From the IMG/VR virus record IMGVR_UViG_3300042890_004094: a DNA stretch of 64,000 nucleotides; one strand, 5' to 3'. The position numbers were made by a program, and so were the translations under genes. The notes under the pieces were generated by a model. The model made no database searches and was not told the DNA's origin. It was given only the letters and a program-made list of their open reading frames with translations. Shown here one piece after another: positions 7,101 to 14,678 of this stretch (positions are counted from its first letter, which is position 1; every line of letters begins with the position of its first letter). The DNA comes from a virus (taxonomy: Duplodnaviria; Heunggongvirae; Uroviricota; Caudoviricetes).

Positions 7101-7422
7101 AAGTTAAGGAAACAACTGAGTTTACTATTGTTACATCTTGTTGTTGCTCTGTAGTGGTTGTTCCGAAAGTTTCTCTTGCAATAACACGGTAGTCTCCTGC
7201 AACTAATCCATTGATAGTTGTAGAATTTGTTGTTGCAAATGGTGTATCTGTATTGGGTAATTTATAGATGATGTACTGAATACTTCCACCAACAATAGTA
7301 TTGGTTGTATTAAATGTTAAACTACCATTACCTGAACAAGTTTCATTGGTAGTTGCTACTGAAAGGTTGAACCCAAAACAAAATTGGGTCATAAAAAAGA
7401 TAAGATAAATTAGGCTTTTCAT
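4141..7422 (-). CDS. Large secreted Asn/Thr-rich repeat protein with N-terminal signal peptide and C-terminal type-B T9SS sorting domain (gliding-motility-associated C-terminal domain)
   Basis: N-terminus MKSLIYLIFFMTQFCFGF; C-terminus ...FFTPNNDGYNDYWRIKD...YDRYGKII...GWDGTYNG...YWFVA...; many C-x-N Ig-like repeats. Confidence 0.8.
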   Translation of the reverse strand: MKSLIYLIFFMTQFCFGFNLSVATTNETCSGNGSLTFNTTNTIVGGSIQYIIYKLPNTDTPFATTNSTTINGLVAGDYRVIARETFGTTTTEQQQDVTIVNSVVSLTYNIQTLNQACSNTSTITVNTLTGTPASYEIFNGPLLFPSQSSNTFSNLPIGVYKIRVFDNCGIGVVTTFTTVQNTTGITIGQPQITQLSNCNLVSVTNTLTAATGTVIGYPLNITYTILPPGGVPIILNSTLNSGGLTQQNLVQNMTNYINQTFSYSISITDACNSTYSSTNFVVNNGINLTNTTTRLDCNKNFFTFNLSNFYPPYTINFNSFPTGFNPLVFNDSYPGPYNQNSVSFGNTTLPTPIGTYDATITDSCGNTKNISFTIINRPPIPSVTGSHNGCLTTTGKINISIPGYIITTGLVTSAPSDYPFTLPHNITSLINNGTIILNPVPLGNYIIELTNTCNDILTPITVVVPAYVDKGLSNSIRNGCDLNTSAVKIESLNSKLTSIIITAAPSTFNFNLPLNVSYNIAPDGIFYMNNLPAGNYTFIGTDECNLTNTTNIILQGYTITSSNFSLVPNCGSFDIALDFVSNGTSNETFWLQKLIDPVTNTWGNPSTNLVYTDGTIPNTNNSIVLINNTTNFNFSSNGDFRIVRSFLSFQNGSDWNSTDVNNADKNCIEILEPLSYNESLEFIDVYRLPCSTNGALDVFVEASGTAPLTYTLIQKNGLPFFFDNGTSNTFSNLDPAIYLFQIEDNCGNIVNRFFDVSILESFILINNPSDLLQCKTIITNNETFNLSQQNSVILGTQIVSNYTITYYTTLSDAQSGTNQITNLVSFNPSINPQLIYAKIILNSLPNCYELRTFNLIVGKIPNLNLSQNYLNCTTNPTIIDATSNNLSSTTYIWSNGETTPSISITDIGITNLTVTATNTYNGLACSNSQSINVIISGPPVIESIEISDWTARENTITVITSGNGTFEYSLDNVTYQNENYFDNLTTGLYTVYVRDKANCGITSQVIWLLYYDKFFTPNNDGYNDYWRIKDSENEPDFKVIIYDRYGKIITSFNSTSQGWDGTYNGNQIFSNDYWFVAYRNDGRIHKGHFTLKR

Positions 7423-7485
7423 ATTATAAACTATTAATTACAAATATACAAATATATTTTAAAATACAATAATTTATAAACATAT

Positions 7486-7752
7486 TTAAAGTCTTTTAAT
7501 ATCTGGTAATGTTTTACTTGAGTTAAGCATATTACGAATTGCTGCTTTCTTTAAGTCAGTCAATTTTTTACCTTTTAGAGATTCTTCTACAATCATATGG
7601 TATGTCAACATTGATATACTATAACTATTGAAGTTTGTTTCTTCATTTTTAATGAGTTCATCATAATTCGCAATAGGCATTGTTTCTTTGAACAATTGTC
7701 TGTGAATATCACGTATTATTTTTTCCTCTTTACTAATTTTGGTCATTTCCAT
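7486..7752 (-). CDS. Hypothetical protein (88 aa)
   Basis: ORF, AT-rich codon usage consistent with neighbours. Confidence 0.5.
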   Translation of the reverse strand: MEMTKISKEEKIIRDIHRQLFKETMPIANYDELIKNEETNFNSYSISMLTYHMIVEESLKGKKLTDLKKAAIRNMLNSSKTLPDIKRL

Positions 7753-7798
7753 AATTGTATTTTGTGTTTTTTATATATAAAATAAAAAATCTTTAAAA

Positions 7799-8002
7799 AT
7801 GCCGGCTCAATCGAAACAGCAACTAAAGTATATTTATGCAATGCGTAATAAATATAAAAACAAGAAAAGTGCTCCTAAACATATGAAGTGGGTATTTAAC
7901 AAAGATTGGACCCAAGACGTTAAAGCCAGTGGGTTACCAACCAAAGTTAAAAGTTTTCAAACTTATGTAAGTGAAAACTATGATGCTTCGACTAAGAAGT
8001 AA
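7799..8002 (+). CDS. Hypothetical small basic protein (67 aa)
   Basis: Lys-rich ORF; 3' end overlaps the convergent tyrS by 25 nt. Confidence 0.4.
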   Translation: MPAQSKQQLKYIYAMRNKYKNKKSAPKHMKWVFNKDWTQDVKASGLPTKVKSFQTYVSENYDASTKK

Positions 8003-9234
8003 CTTTTCTTACCTCTTTGTAGTATGATAAACTTATCATTTATCAAATCAACATCTGTTACGATGTAATCCTCTTCTCTTTTTATTTTATTTATTGCAAC
8101 TGAATTTTCTTTTAAAGCTCTTCTAGCTTCATTATTTGATTTTAAGAAACCTGTTTTAAATAGAATGTCTGTCATTGTAATGCCTACAAGAATTTCTTCC
8201 ATAGGAACTTTCGCTTGTGGTATTCCATTAAATACATCTAAGAATAATTCTTCATCAAGTAAGTTTAAATCTCCACCATTAAATAAAATGTTAGAAGCTT
8301 CTAGTGCTTTTTCAAACTCTTGCTGACCGTGAACCATAATAGTTATTTCTCTTGCTAATTTTTTTTGTAACAAAAATAAGTTCTTTGCTTTATTATGTTC
8401 TTCTATTAAATTATCAATAGTTTCTTTATCTAAAAATGTAAAGATTTTAATGTATTTCTCTGCATCATTATCATCGGTATTTATCCAAAATTGGTAAAAC
8501 TTGTACACAGAGGTCTTATCTTTATCTAACCATATATTTGTACCTCCTTCAGATTTTCCGAACTTAGAACCATCCGATTTAGTTAGTAAAGGACATGTCA
8601 TAGCAAATGCTTCCCTACCAGGATTCATTTTGTGAATTAGTTCAGTTCCTGTTGTAATGTTACCCCATTGATCTGAACCACCCATTTGTAATAAGCAGTT
8701 ATGTTCTTTATTTAGATGGTAGAAATCGTATCCTTGAATCAACTGGTACGTAAATTCTGTGAAAGACATTCCTTCACCTTCAATACGATTTTTCACAGAT
8801 TGTTTAGATAACATGTAATTTACAGTAATTCTTTTACCAATGTCTCTTACAAAGTCTATGAAACTAAATTTTGACATCCAATCGTAGTTATTTACTACAG
8901 GAGTATCACCTAAAAATCTTGTTAGTGTATTTCTAATACCTTCGACATTTTTATTAAGTGTTTCTTCGTCTAATAGATTTCTTTCATTTGACTTACCAGA
9001 GGGGTCACCGATCATACCAGTGGCACCTCCAACAAGTGCGATAGGATTGTGTCCAAAATTCTTCATATGTTTTAAAAGAATGATTGGAACTAAACTACCG
9101 ATATGTAGAGAATCTGACGTTGGATCAAAACCGATATAAGAGGTGGTGGCTTCTTTTAAAAGTTGAGCCTCCGTTCCTGGTATTATATCGTGTACCAACC
9201 CACGCCATTTTAATTCTTCTACTATATTTTTCAT
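7978..9234 (-). CDS. tyrS: Tyrosyl-tRNA synthetase, bacterial type
   Basis: GFDPTSDSLHIGSLVP (HIGH-region), GGATGMIGDP, GGSDQWGNIT and KFGKSEGG (KMSKS-like) motifs; C-terminal S4-like region. Confidence 0.9.
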   Translation of the reverse strand: MKNIVEELKWRGLVHDIIPGTEAQLLKEATTSYIGFDPTSDSLHIGSLVPIILLKHMKNFGHNPIALVGGATGMIGDPSGKSNERNLLDEETLNKNVEGIRNTLTRFLGDTPVVNNYDWMSKFSFIDFVRDIGKRITVNYMLSKQSVKNRIEGEGMSFTEFTYQLIQGYDFYHLNKEHNCLLQMGGSDQWGNITTGTELIHKMNPGREAFAMTCPLLTKSDGSKFGKSEGGTNIWLDKDKTSVYKFYQFWINTDDNDAEKYIKIFTFLDKETIDNLIEEHNKAKNLFLLQKKLAREITIMVHGQQEFEKALEASNILFNGGDLNLLDEELFLDVFNGIPQAKVPMEEILVGITMTDILFKTGFLKSNNEARRALKENSVAINKIKREEDYIVTDVDLINDKFIILQRGKKSYFLVEAS

Positions 9235-9638
9235 TATGCCAATACTTCTTTAATAACTTCTGATACAACTTTTCTGTCTACTTGTAAAGTAGCAAACTCT
9301 TTCATAATTCCACCAACATTGGTAATCCCTGATGCAACAAGTGCACTAACTTTTACAACAACATCTTCTCTTGTCATAGCAGCTGGAAGTAAAGCTTCAA
9401 CCATTTCTAATTGAGTTTTAGATTCTTCGTCACCAGAAGTTGCGATAACTTCTTTAAGAGATTTTGCAGTTTTATTAAGAATTTTAATTACCTCTGCATC
9501 AGAAAGACAATCTACTCCTGTATTTTTTTCAATAGTTTGGATCTCTCCTTTCACTACAGAAAGTAAGTTCTTTGCTACGACATTTCTTTCTTTGAAAGCA
9601 GTCATGTAGTCTTTGCTAATTTGTTCTTTTAAATTCAT
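9234..9638 (-). CDS. YqeY/GatB-domain protein
   Basis: 134 aa, MNLKEQISKDYMTAFKERN... resembles the YqeY family; stop overlaps the tyrS start as TAATG. Confidence 0.65.
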   Translation of the reverse strand: MNLKEQISKDYMTAFKERNVVAKNLLSVVKGEIQTIEKNTGVDCLSDAEVIKILNKTAKSLKEVIATSGDEESKTQLEMVEALLPAAMTREDVVVKVSALVASGITNVGGIMKEFATLQVDRKVVSEVIKEVLA

Positions 9639-9875
9639 AATATTTATTTTTAATAATTTCTAAAAAAAATACCTTTTTCATCTATTTTCTATATTTAATA
9701 TCAAGGTAGTTCACTGTTTTTCATAAAAGGTATTAGAAAATTCATTTACCAGCTACTTACTACCATAAACACTAACTATAACTATGTGACCAAAACTTAT
9801 TCTATAACAGGTCAGTTGTAGTAGCTCATTATTTATTGTGCAAATATACAATAAAGTTTCAATTTAAAAAATATA

Positions 9876-9894
9876 TTTTAATATATAGTTTATG
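9876..9894 (+). promoter_or_regulatory. Conserved promoter-like motif TTTTAATATATAGTTTATG fused to the start codon
   Basis: The 13-mer TATATAGTTTATG, including the ATG, is identical at 9882-9894, 28096-28108, 46307-46319 and, on the minus strand, at 11908-11920. Confidence 0.5.
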
Positions 9895-11565
9895 AAATAC
9901 TTAAAATTATACGAAGGTTTTGAATCTGATAGGATTAGTGCAATACTTTCATTTCTAAATAAAAAGATAAAGAGTGATTATCCAGCAAGAGAGTTTTTAA
10001 AAGTATTAAAAATACTTGCTGATAAATTTGATTTCCCACTAAGTACATTGAGTGATAAAGAAATACAATACCTATCAGTAAATAAAGCTTTAGCTGTTGG
10101 TAAAGGTGAAGAAGCAATGAACCCATCTGGTATTTATTGTATTAAGTATTGGTTTTCATTAGAAAAAGGTTATTTATGTAGTACTGGAACTGGAAATAAA
10201 ACTATGGACTATAATAAGTATAATTCTTATAGTGGTGTTATGATGAGTAATGGTGAAGGTTTAGATCAATCTCATTTAGCTTACTTGACTAGAGAATATA
10301 ATATAAGTGGTGTTATTACTCCGACTAGATTAGGAGATTTAAGAACTGGTGATAAAGTAGTAATGGTTTGTGGTGATGATTTCAATGGAGATCCTGCTTA
10401 TTTAACTTTTGGTGAAATATATGCCGATAATAGAAGAAATGATGATGAAATTCAATATTATTTTTATCAAAATGATCATGAAGGTTCAGATCCTGGTTCA
10501 ACTAGAAATAATATTACATTACCAGATAGATATAATCTTTATGCGGGTAATGCAGCATATCAATATGCTTGGTCATTGGGAAGTTCAGACGATCCATCAG
10601 ATGATCATTGTATGATACATAAAGTAATAATTGATGAAAACCCATTAAGATTTAAAGATGAAGATTTAGATAAAATAAATAAAACAGAAGAATCTGTTTG
10701 GGATTTCAATTTACCATTAGATGGAACTACTTTGGAAGAATGGAATAACAGAAAAACAGGAACTTTTAATAAAGTAAATAAAGAAGCAAACTTTGCAATC
10801 GTTCTTTTTCTCGATGATATAATAATTAAAAATGTTGATGATACTACATCTGATATTATAAAAAGAAGAAAATCTGGTAGAAAAGACGCATTAGCTTTAA
10901 AGAAACCAGAGGATATTAGAAAAGAAAATGTTGAAAGGTATTTAACTACTTTATTTAAAAAATTAGGAATTGAACAAGATAAACAAGAATTTAAAAATCT
11001 TAACTCAGTTGTTTTATCATCAATTATAGGAGATTATTTTATCATTGCACTTTATAATAGTAGTGCTTATATAGATAGATTATCAGACTTTATTACTTAT
11101 TTGTATAGACTTATGTCAGATAGTGAAGATTCATATAATTTTGAAAAAACATATGAATTGTTTAAGACTATTAAGAAAAGACGTTTAAAACAAACTACTG
11201 CTTACTCTAATGGTATTAAAGTTATTAAAGATAGTGATAATCAAAATACAGAAAGAATGTCTAATGTAATTGACAGAATAACTAATATAGGTCAAATTTT
11301 ATCAAATTCAATTAAAAATAGAAATATAGAAACTATTGAAGATCTTAAATCAATACAAGTTAGATTAGCATCATTATATGAATTAGTACAAGATGATATT
11401 TTTATACTTTCTAGAAATACTAAAAATGTTCTTATAAACTTAGATGGTGATACTTCTACATTAAAAGTAATTATGAGTAGATTCAGATATAGTGAAGAAG
11501 AGTATAATAGTGATATTAAAAGATTAGATAAACTTGAAAAGGTATTTAAAGATCTTTTAAGATAA
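9892..11565 (+). CDS. Hypothetical protein (557 aa), N-terminus MKYLKLYEGF
   Basis: Long ORF; shares the MKYLK-x-YE-x-F N-terminal motif with several other ORFs. Confidence 0.6.
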   Translation: MKYLKLYEGFESDRISAILSFLNKKIKSDYPAREFLKVLKILADKFDFPLSTLSDKEIQYLSVNKALAVGKGEEAMNPSGIYCIKYWFSLEKGYLCSTGTGNKTMDYNKYNSYSGVMMSNGEGLDQSHLAYLTREYNISGVITPTRLGDLRTGDKVVMVCGDDFNGDPAYLTFGEIYADNRRNDDEIQYYFYQNDHEGSDPGSTRNNITLPDRYNLYAGNAAYQYAWSLGSSDDPSDDHCMIHKVIIDENPLRFKDEDLDKINKTEESVWDFNLPLDGTTLEEWNNRKTGTFNKVNKEANFAIVLFLDDIIIKNVDDTTSDIIKRRKSGRKDALALKKPEDIRKENVERYLTTLFKKLGIEQDKQEFKNLNSVVLSSIIGDYFIIALYNSSAYIDRLSDFITYLYRLMSDSEDSYNFEKTYELFKTIKKRRLKQTTAYSNGIKVIKDSDNQNTERMSNVIDRITNIGQILSNSIKNRNIETIEDLKSIQVRLASLYELVQDDIFILSRNTKNVLINLDGDTSTLKVIMSRFRYSEEEYNSDIKRLDKLEKVFKDLLR

Positions 11566-11910
11566 TAGATATAAATCATGTTGTCTCGCTTCTAACTCTG
11601 TTAAAAGATGAACACACTCTCTTCTTAGATCCTTTAACTTTAAAAAGTCTTCCGTATTATTAGTTTTATTTAATCGTGAATTAAGATTATCAATTTCAAC
11701 CGTTATTAAATCTTTCATTAAACTCATTTCCTTACTAACCTCTTCTTTTAAATCAAGTGCTAATGATTTAAAATACGGATTCGCCATGATAACACTTTTA
11801 TAATTATTAGAACTAAAGTTCTTCATAAGTCTTTTGAGTGTATCAATAGCTTGTTCCTCAGTAGTTGATAGATGTAGCTTATCGAGATATTCTAACAAGG
11901 TCAATTTCAT
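11557..11910 (-). CDS. Hypothetical protein (117 aa)
   Basis: ORF preceded by the conserved motif. Confidence 0.5.
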   Translation of the reverse strand: MKLTLLEYLDKLHLSTTEEQAIDTLKRLMKNFSSNNYKSVIMANPYFKSLALDLKEEVSKEMSLMKDLITVEIDNLNSRLNKTNNTEDFLKLKDLRRECVHLLTELEARQHDLYLLS

Positions 11911-11921
11911 AAACTATATAT
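11908..11921 (-). promoter_or_regulatory. Conserved motif (minus-strand ATATATAGTTTATG) fused to the start codon; contains the TAG stop of smpB
   Basis: Reverse complement of cataaactatatat. Confidence 0.45.
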
Positions 11922-12345
11922 TTCGTTGCATCTCTCTAGTAAGGTCTCTTTCTTTGATAGTTTCACGTTTATCCCAAGTTTTCTTACCTTTGGCAACAGC
12001 TATTTTAATTTTAATTCTATTATTCTTAATAAACATACCAAGTGGAATTGCAGTTATGCCTTTATCTTCCAGTTTTCTTTTGATACGAGTGATTTCTTTT
12101 TTATTTAAAAGAAGTTTCTTATCACGATTTTCTTCGTGTTTATCTAAAGTATGTGCTGATTTATAAGCTGCAACTTTTAGATTTTTAATCCACACTTCAT
12201 TATCTTTTATGTAAATGAACGCATCAACCATGGTAACATTTCCCATTCTAACGGACTTTACTTCACTACCAACCAATATTATTCCGCAGTCAAATTCCTC
12301 TATAAAAGTATATTCGTAACGGGCTCTTCTATTTAATGCTATCAT
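11914..12345 (-). CDS. smpB: SsrA-binding protein SmpB
   Basis: 143 aa; ALNRRARYEY...GSEVKS...IAVAKGKK..DKR..IKERD pattern aligns with bacterial SmpB. Confidence 0.85.
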   Translation of the reverse strand: MIALNRRARYEYTFIEEFDCGIILVGSEVKSVRMGNVTMVDAFIYIKDNEVWIKNLKVAAYKSAHTLDKHEENRDKKLLLNKKEITRIKRKLEDKGITAIPLGMFIKNNRIKIKIAVAKGKKTWDKRETIKERDLTREMQRNI

Positions 12346-12895
12346 ATTTTATAATTTTATCGGAATCTCCTTTCCTGTTCTTAATGACTTGTATTACTTT
12401 ATCATTACTTTGTTGAGTTATAATCATTGCTAAATCTGCATAATATAAAGGTGTTGAACCACCCATAAAAGAATCATTATCTTTATTTAAACCATTGGTG
12501 TTTAATGGACAGGTAAGTATCAACTTAATGTCACATATATCTTTCCCATTTCTACTATCTCTTAGACAAGATCTTACATCATAGATAACATTTTTTATTA
12601 CACTTGCTCTACTTAAATCCTCGTTAGTAAAATTTCTTTGTTCAATATAAGTATTTCTTATATCATTTATATCTAATAGTAAGTATTCAAACTCTTCTTT
12701 CTCATTTAGAACTTGGTCAATTTTCATATCTCTGATAATTGACTTCATAGAAAAAGATGAACTTAAATCTATTGTCTTGGTTCTCCCAAGATTAGAAATA
12801 ATTTCATCTTTAATTCTTTCATCTGAAAATCGATAACCAATTAAGGTTGTCTCATTTTTACTAATTAGATTATATAAATAATCTATATTTTCCAT
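12329..12895 (-). CDS. Hypothetical protein (188 aa)
   Basis: ORF; overlaps smpB start by 17 nt. Confidence 0.5.
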   Translation of the reverse strand: MENIDYLYNLISKNETTLIGYRFSDERIKDEIISNLGRTKTIDLSSSFSMKSIIRDMKIDQVLNEKEEFEYLLLDINDIRNTYIEQRNFTNEDLSRASVIKNVIYDVRSCLRDSRNGKDICDIKLILTCPLNTNGLNKDNDSFMGGSTPLYYADLAMIITQQSNDKVIQVIKNRKGDSDKIIKYDSIK

Positions 12896-13215
12896 TAGTT
12901 TAAGTATTGCCCAACAAGTTCAGACAATTTTTCTTTAGTTGTCATACCAACACTTCTATCTACAATTTCTCCGTCTTTATAAACCAAGATTGTAGGAATG
13001 TTTCTGATTCCCAACTCTACAACCTTATCTCCATTCGGAGTTGCGTCTAATTTACCAACTGCTACTCTTCCTTGAAAATCAATTGAAAATTCATCTAAAA
13101 TAGGAGCAATTTGTTTGCAGGGGCCGCACCAATTTGCCCAAATGTCAACTAAAACAACTCCAGTTTGTGTAAATTCAGTATAATTAGTTTCTGATAATTC
13201 TGTTATAAATCCCAT
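12895..13215 (-). CDS. trxA: Thioredoxin
   Basis: 106 aa with WCGPCK active site. Confidence 0.85.
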   Translation of the reverse strand: MGFITELSETNYTEFTQTGVVLVDIWANWCGPCKQIAPILDEFSIDFQGRVAVGKLDATPNGDKVVELGIRNIPTILVYKDGEIVDRSVGMTTKEKLSELVGQYLN

Positions 13216-13260
13216 AATTTTATATTTAGTTTTTATTTATATTATATTTTATTGAAAAGT

Positions 13261-14520
13261 TTAATCCGTACAATCTACATAACATGCATCACTATCATCA
13301 TATTCTACCTTAGATAGTATACTTTCGACCATAGAATTATGTCTTTCATCAACTATTTCTTTTCTTACAGAAAGTTCATAAAGAAGTGCAGTTGAATCAT
13401 CAATCTCTTGATTTGGTTCAATCGTATGTTTTTCCAATACTGAAAAAGCAATTGTAGGATCTTCCTTATATCTTTCTAATAGTGATTTAACTATTGAAAC
13501 TTGTTCAGTTAGTTTATAACCTCTTAGATTAAGAATTGTCCTTGGTAAAAACTTTATAGTATTTGATAATAATTTCATATCTTCTACATCAACTCCACCA
13601 TCAACATAATCTTCATTTATGAATAATGGTCTCAGTTGATTCCATATGTTCACTAATTCTGGCTTAGTATAGATATTTCTTACATAAAATAGAAAATCTT
13701 CACCTTTGTGAATACTTAATAAATTATTATCATATGTACCTGACCAAGTTTTCTCACTTTTTGTTTTTAAAGTCCATAGATTTACGTCTTTGTCATATGT
13801 TGTTTTGACGTGTGTCATACAGTCAGTATCTTGTTCTATTGTAAAATAGTCGCTAAGTAATTTATAATTATTGAATAAATTAAAATATCTATCTTGAAAT
13901 CTAACTTTGTAAACATCCTGAAGCTGACGTACTAAAACTCCTTGAATAATCTCTAATTCAAATAAATCCAACTTAACATCTAGTTCTTCAGCTTTCTTTA
14001 CAATTCTAATTGCTGTATGACAAGGTGTTTTCAAATTACTTATTTTTAAGTCTCCAGTTTTTAAGAACTTCTCAAACTCCGGTGTCCAATAAAATTTATC
14101 TTCTTCAATTGAATAACCAACCGCAGTACAGTTTATATCAAATGATTTTATGATAATCTCTGGATTGTGAGTGTTTGACTTGTAACTAACGTAGTTGAAT
14201 ATACCTTCGGTAGTAGATTCACTAATGGAATAATAGTTTTTTGCTCTATCAATAAATCTTAAACCAGAGTAATCATCATACCAAACATTTTCTTCATCTT
14301 CTTTAAATGAAAAAAAGTATTCCTTTTTATCTTCGTTATAACTATCTAGTAGACCATCAAATAAAAAAACATCAATATCATTTATGATTGCTTTTGTACC
14401 TGAAACTTCTTCCCAAATAAGGTTTGAAATAGAACCACCCGCGATAAACCCTTTTTTAGGTAAACCCCAATTTGATTTTATTTTCTCAATCGCATTCTTT
14501 GCCAACTGTTCTACGTTCAT
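13261..14520 (-). CDS. Protein with polymerase-beta-superfamily nucleotidyltransferase motif (function unknown)
   Basis: 419 aa; GFIAGGSISNLIWEEVSGTKAIINDIDVFLF matches the GS-x(n)-DxD nucleotidyltransferase signature. Confidence 0.5.
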   Translation of the reverse strand: MNVEQLAKNAIEKIKSNWGLPKKGFIAGGSISNLIWEEVSGTKAIINDIDVFLFDGLLDSYNEDKKEYFFSFKEDEENVWYDDYSGLRFIDRAKNYYSISESTTEGIFNYVSYKSNTHNPEIIIKSFDINCTAVGYSIEEDKFYWTPEFEKFLKTGDLKISNLKTPCHTAIRIVKKAEELDVKLDLFELEIIQGVLVRQLQDVYKVRFQDRYFNLFNNYKLLSDYFTIEQDTDCMTHVKTTYDKDVNLWTLKTKSEKTWSGTYDNNLLSIHKGEDFLFYVRNIYTKPELVNIWNQLRPLFINEDYVDGGVDVEDMKLLSNTIKFLPRTILNLRGYKLTEQVSIVKSLLERYKEDPTIAFSVLEKHTIEPNQEIDDSTALLYELSVRKEIVDERHNSMVESILSKVEYDDSDACYVDCTD

Positions 14521-14678
14521 TACTTTTCTTTTTTAGTGTTTAAATTTAAAACTTCTGATATGTGATCATTTAATGATCTTCTAACAGAAGAATCAGAAGA
14601 AGTCTGACTTTCATCTTTAACTTCTTCTGATTCTTCTGTTGTTTTTATTTCTTTGTCTTTCATTTCTTTGTATTTCAT
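14520..14678 (-). CDS. Small acidic Ser-rich protein (52 aa) translationally coupled between the sigma factor and the nucleotidyltransferase-like gene; not in the ORF track (below size cutoff)
   Basis: MKYKEMKDKEIKTTEESEEVKDESQTSSDSSVRRSLNDHISEVLNLNTKKEK; TAATG overlaps at both ends. Confidence 0.4.
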   Translation of the reverse strand: MKYKEMKDKEIKTTEESEEVKDESQTSSDSSVRRSLNDHISEVLNLNTKKEK

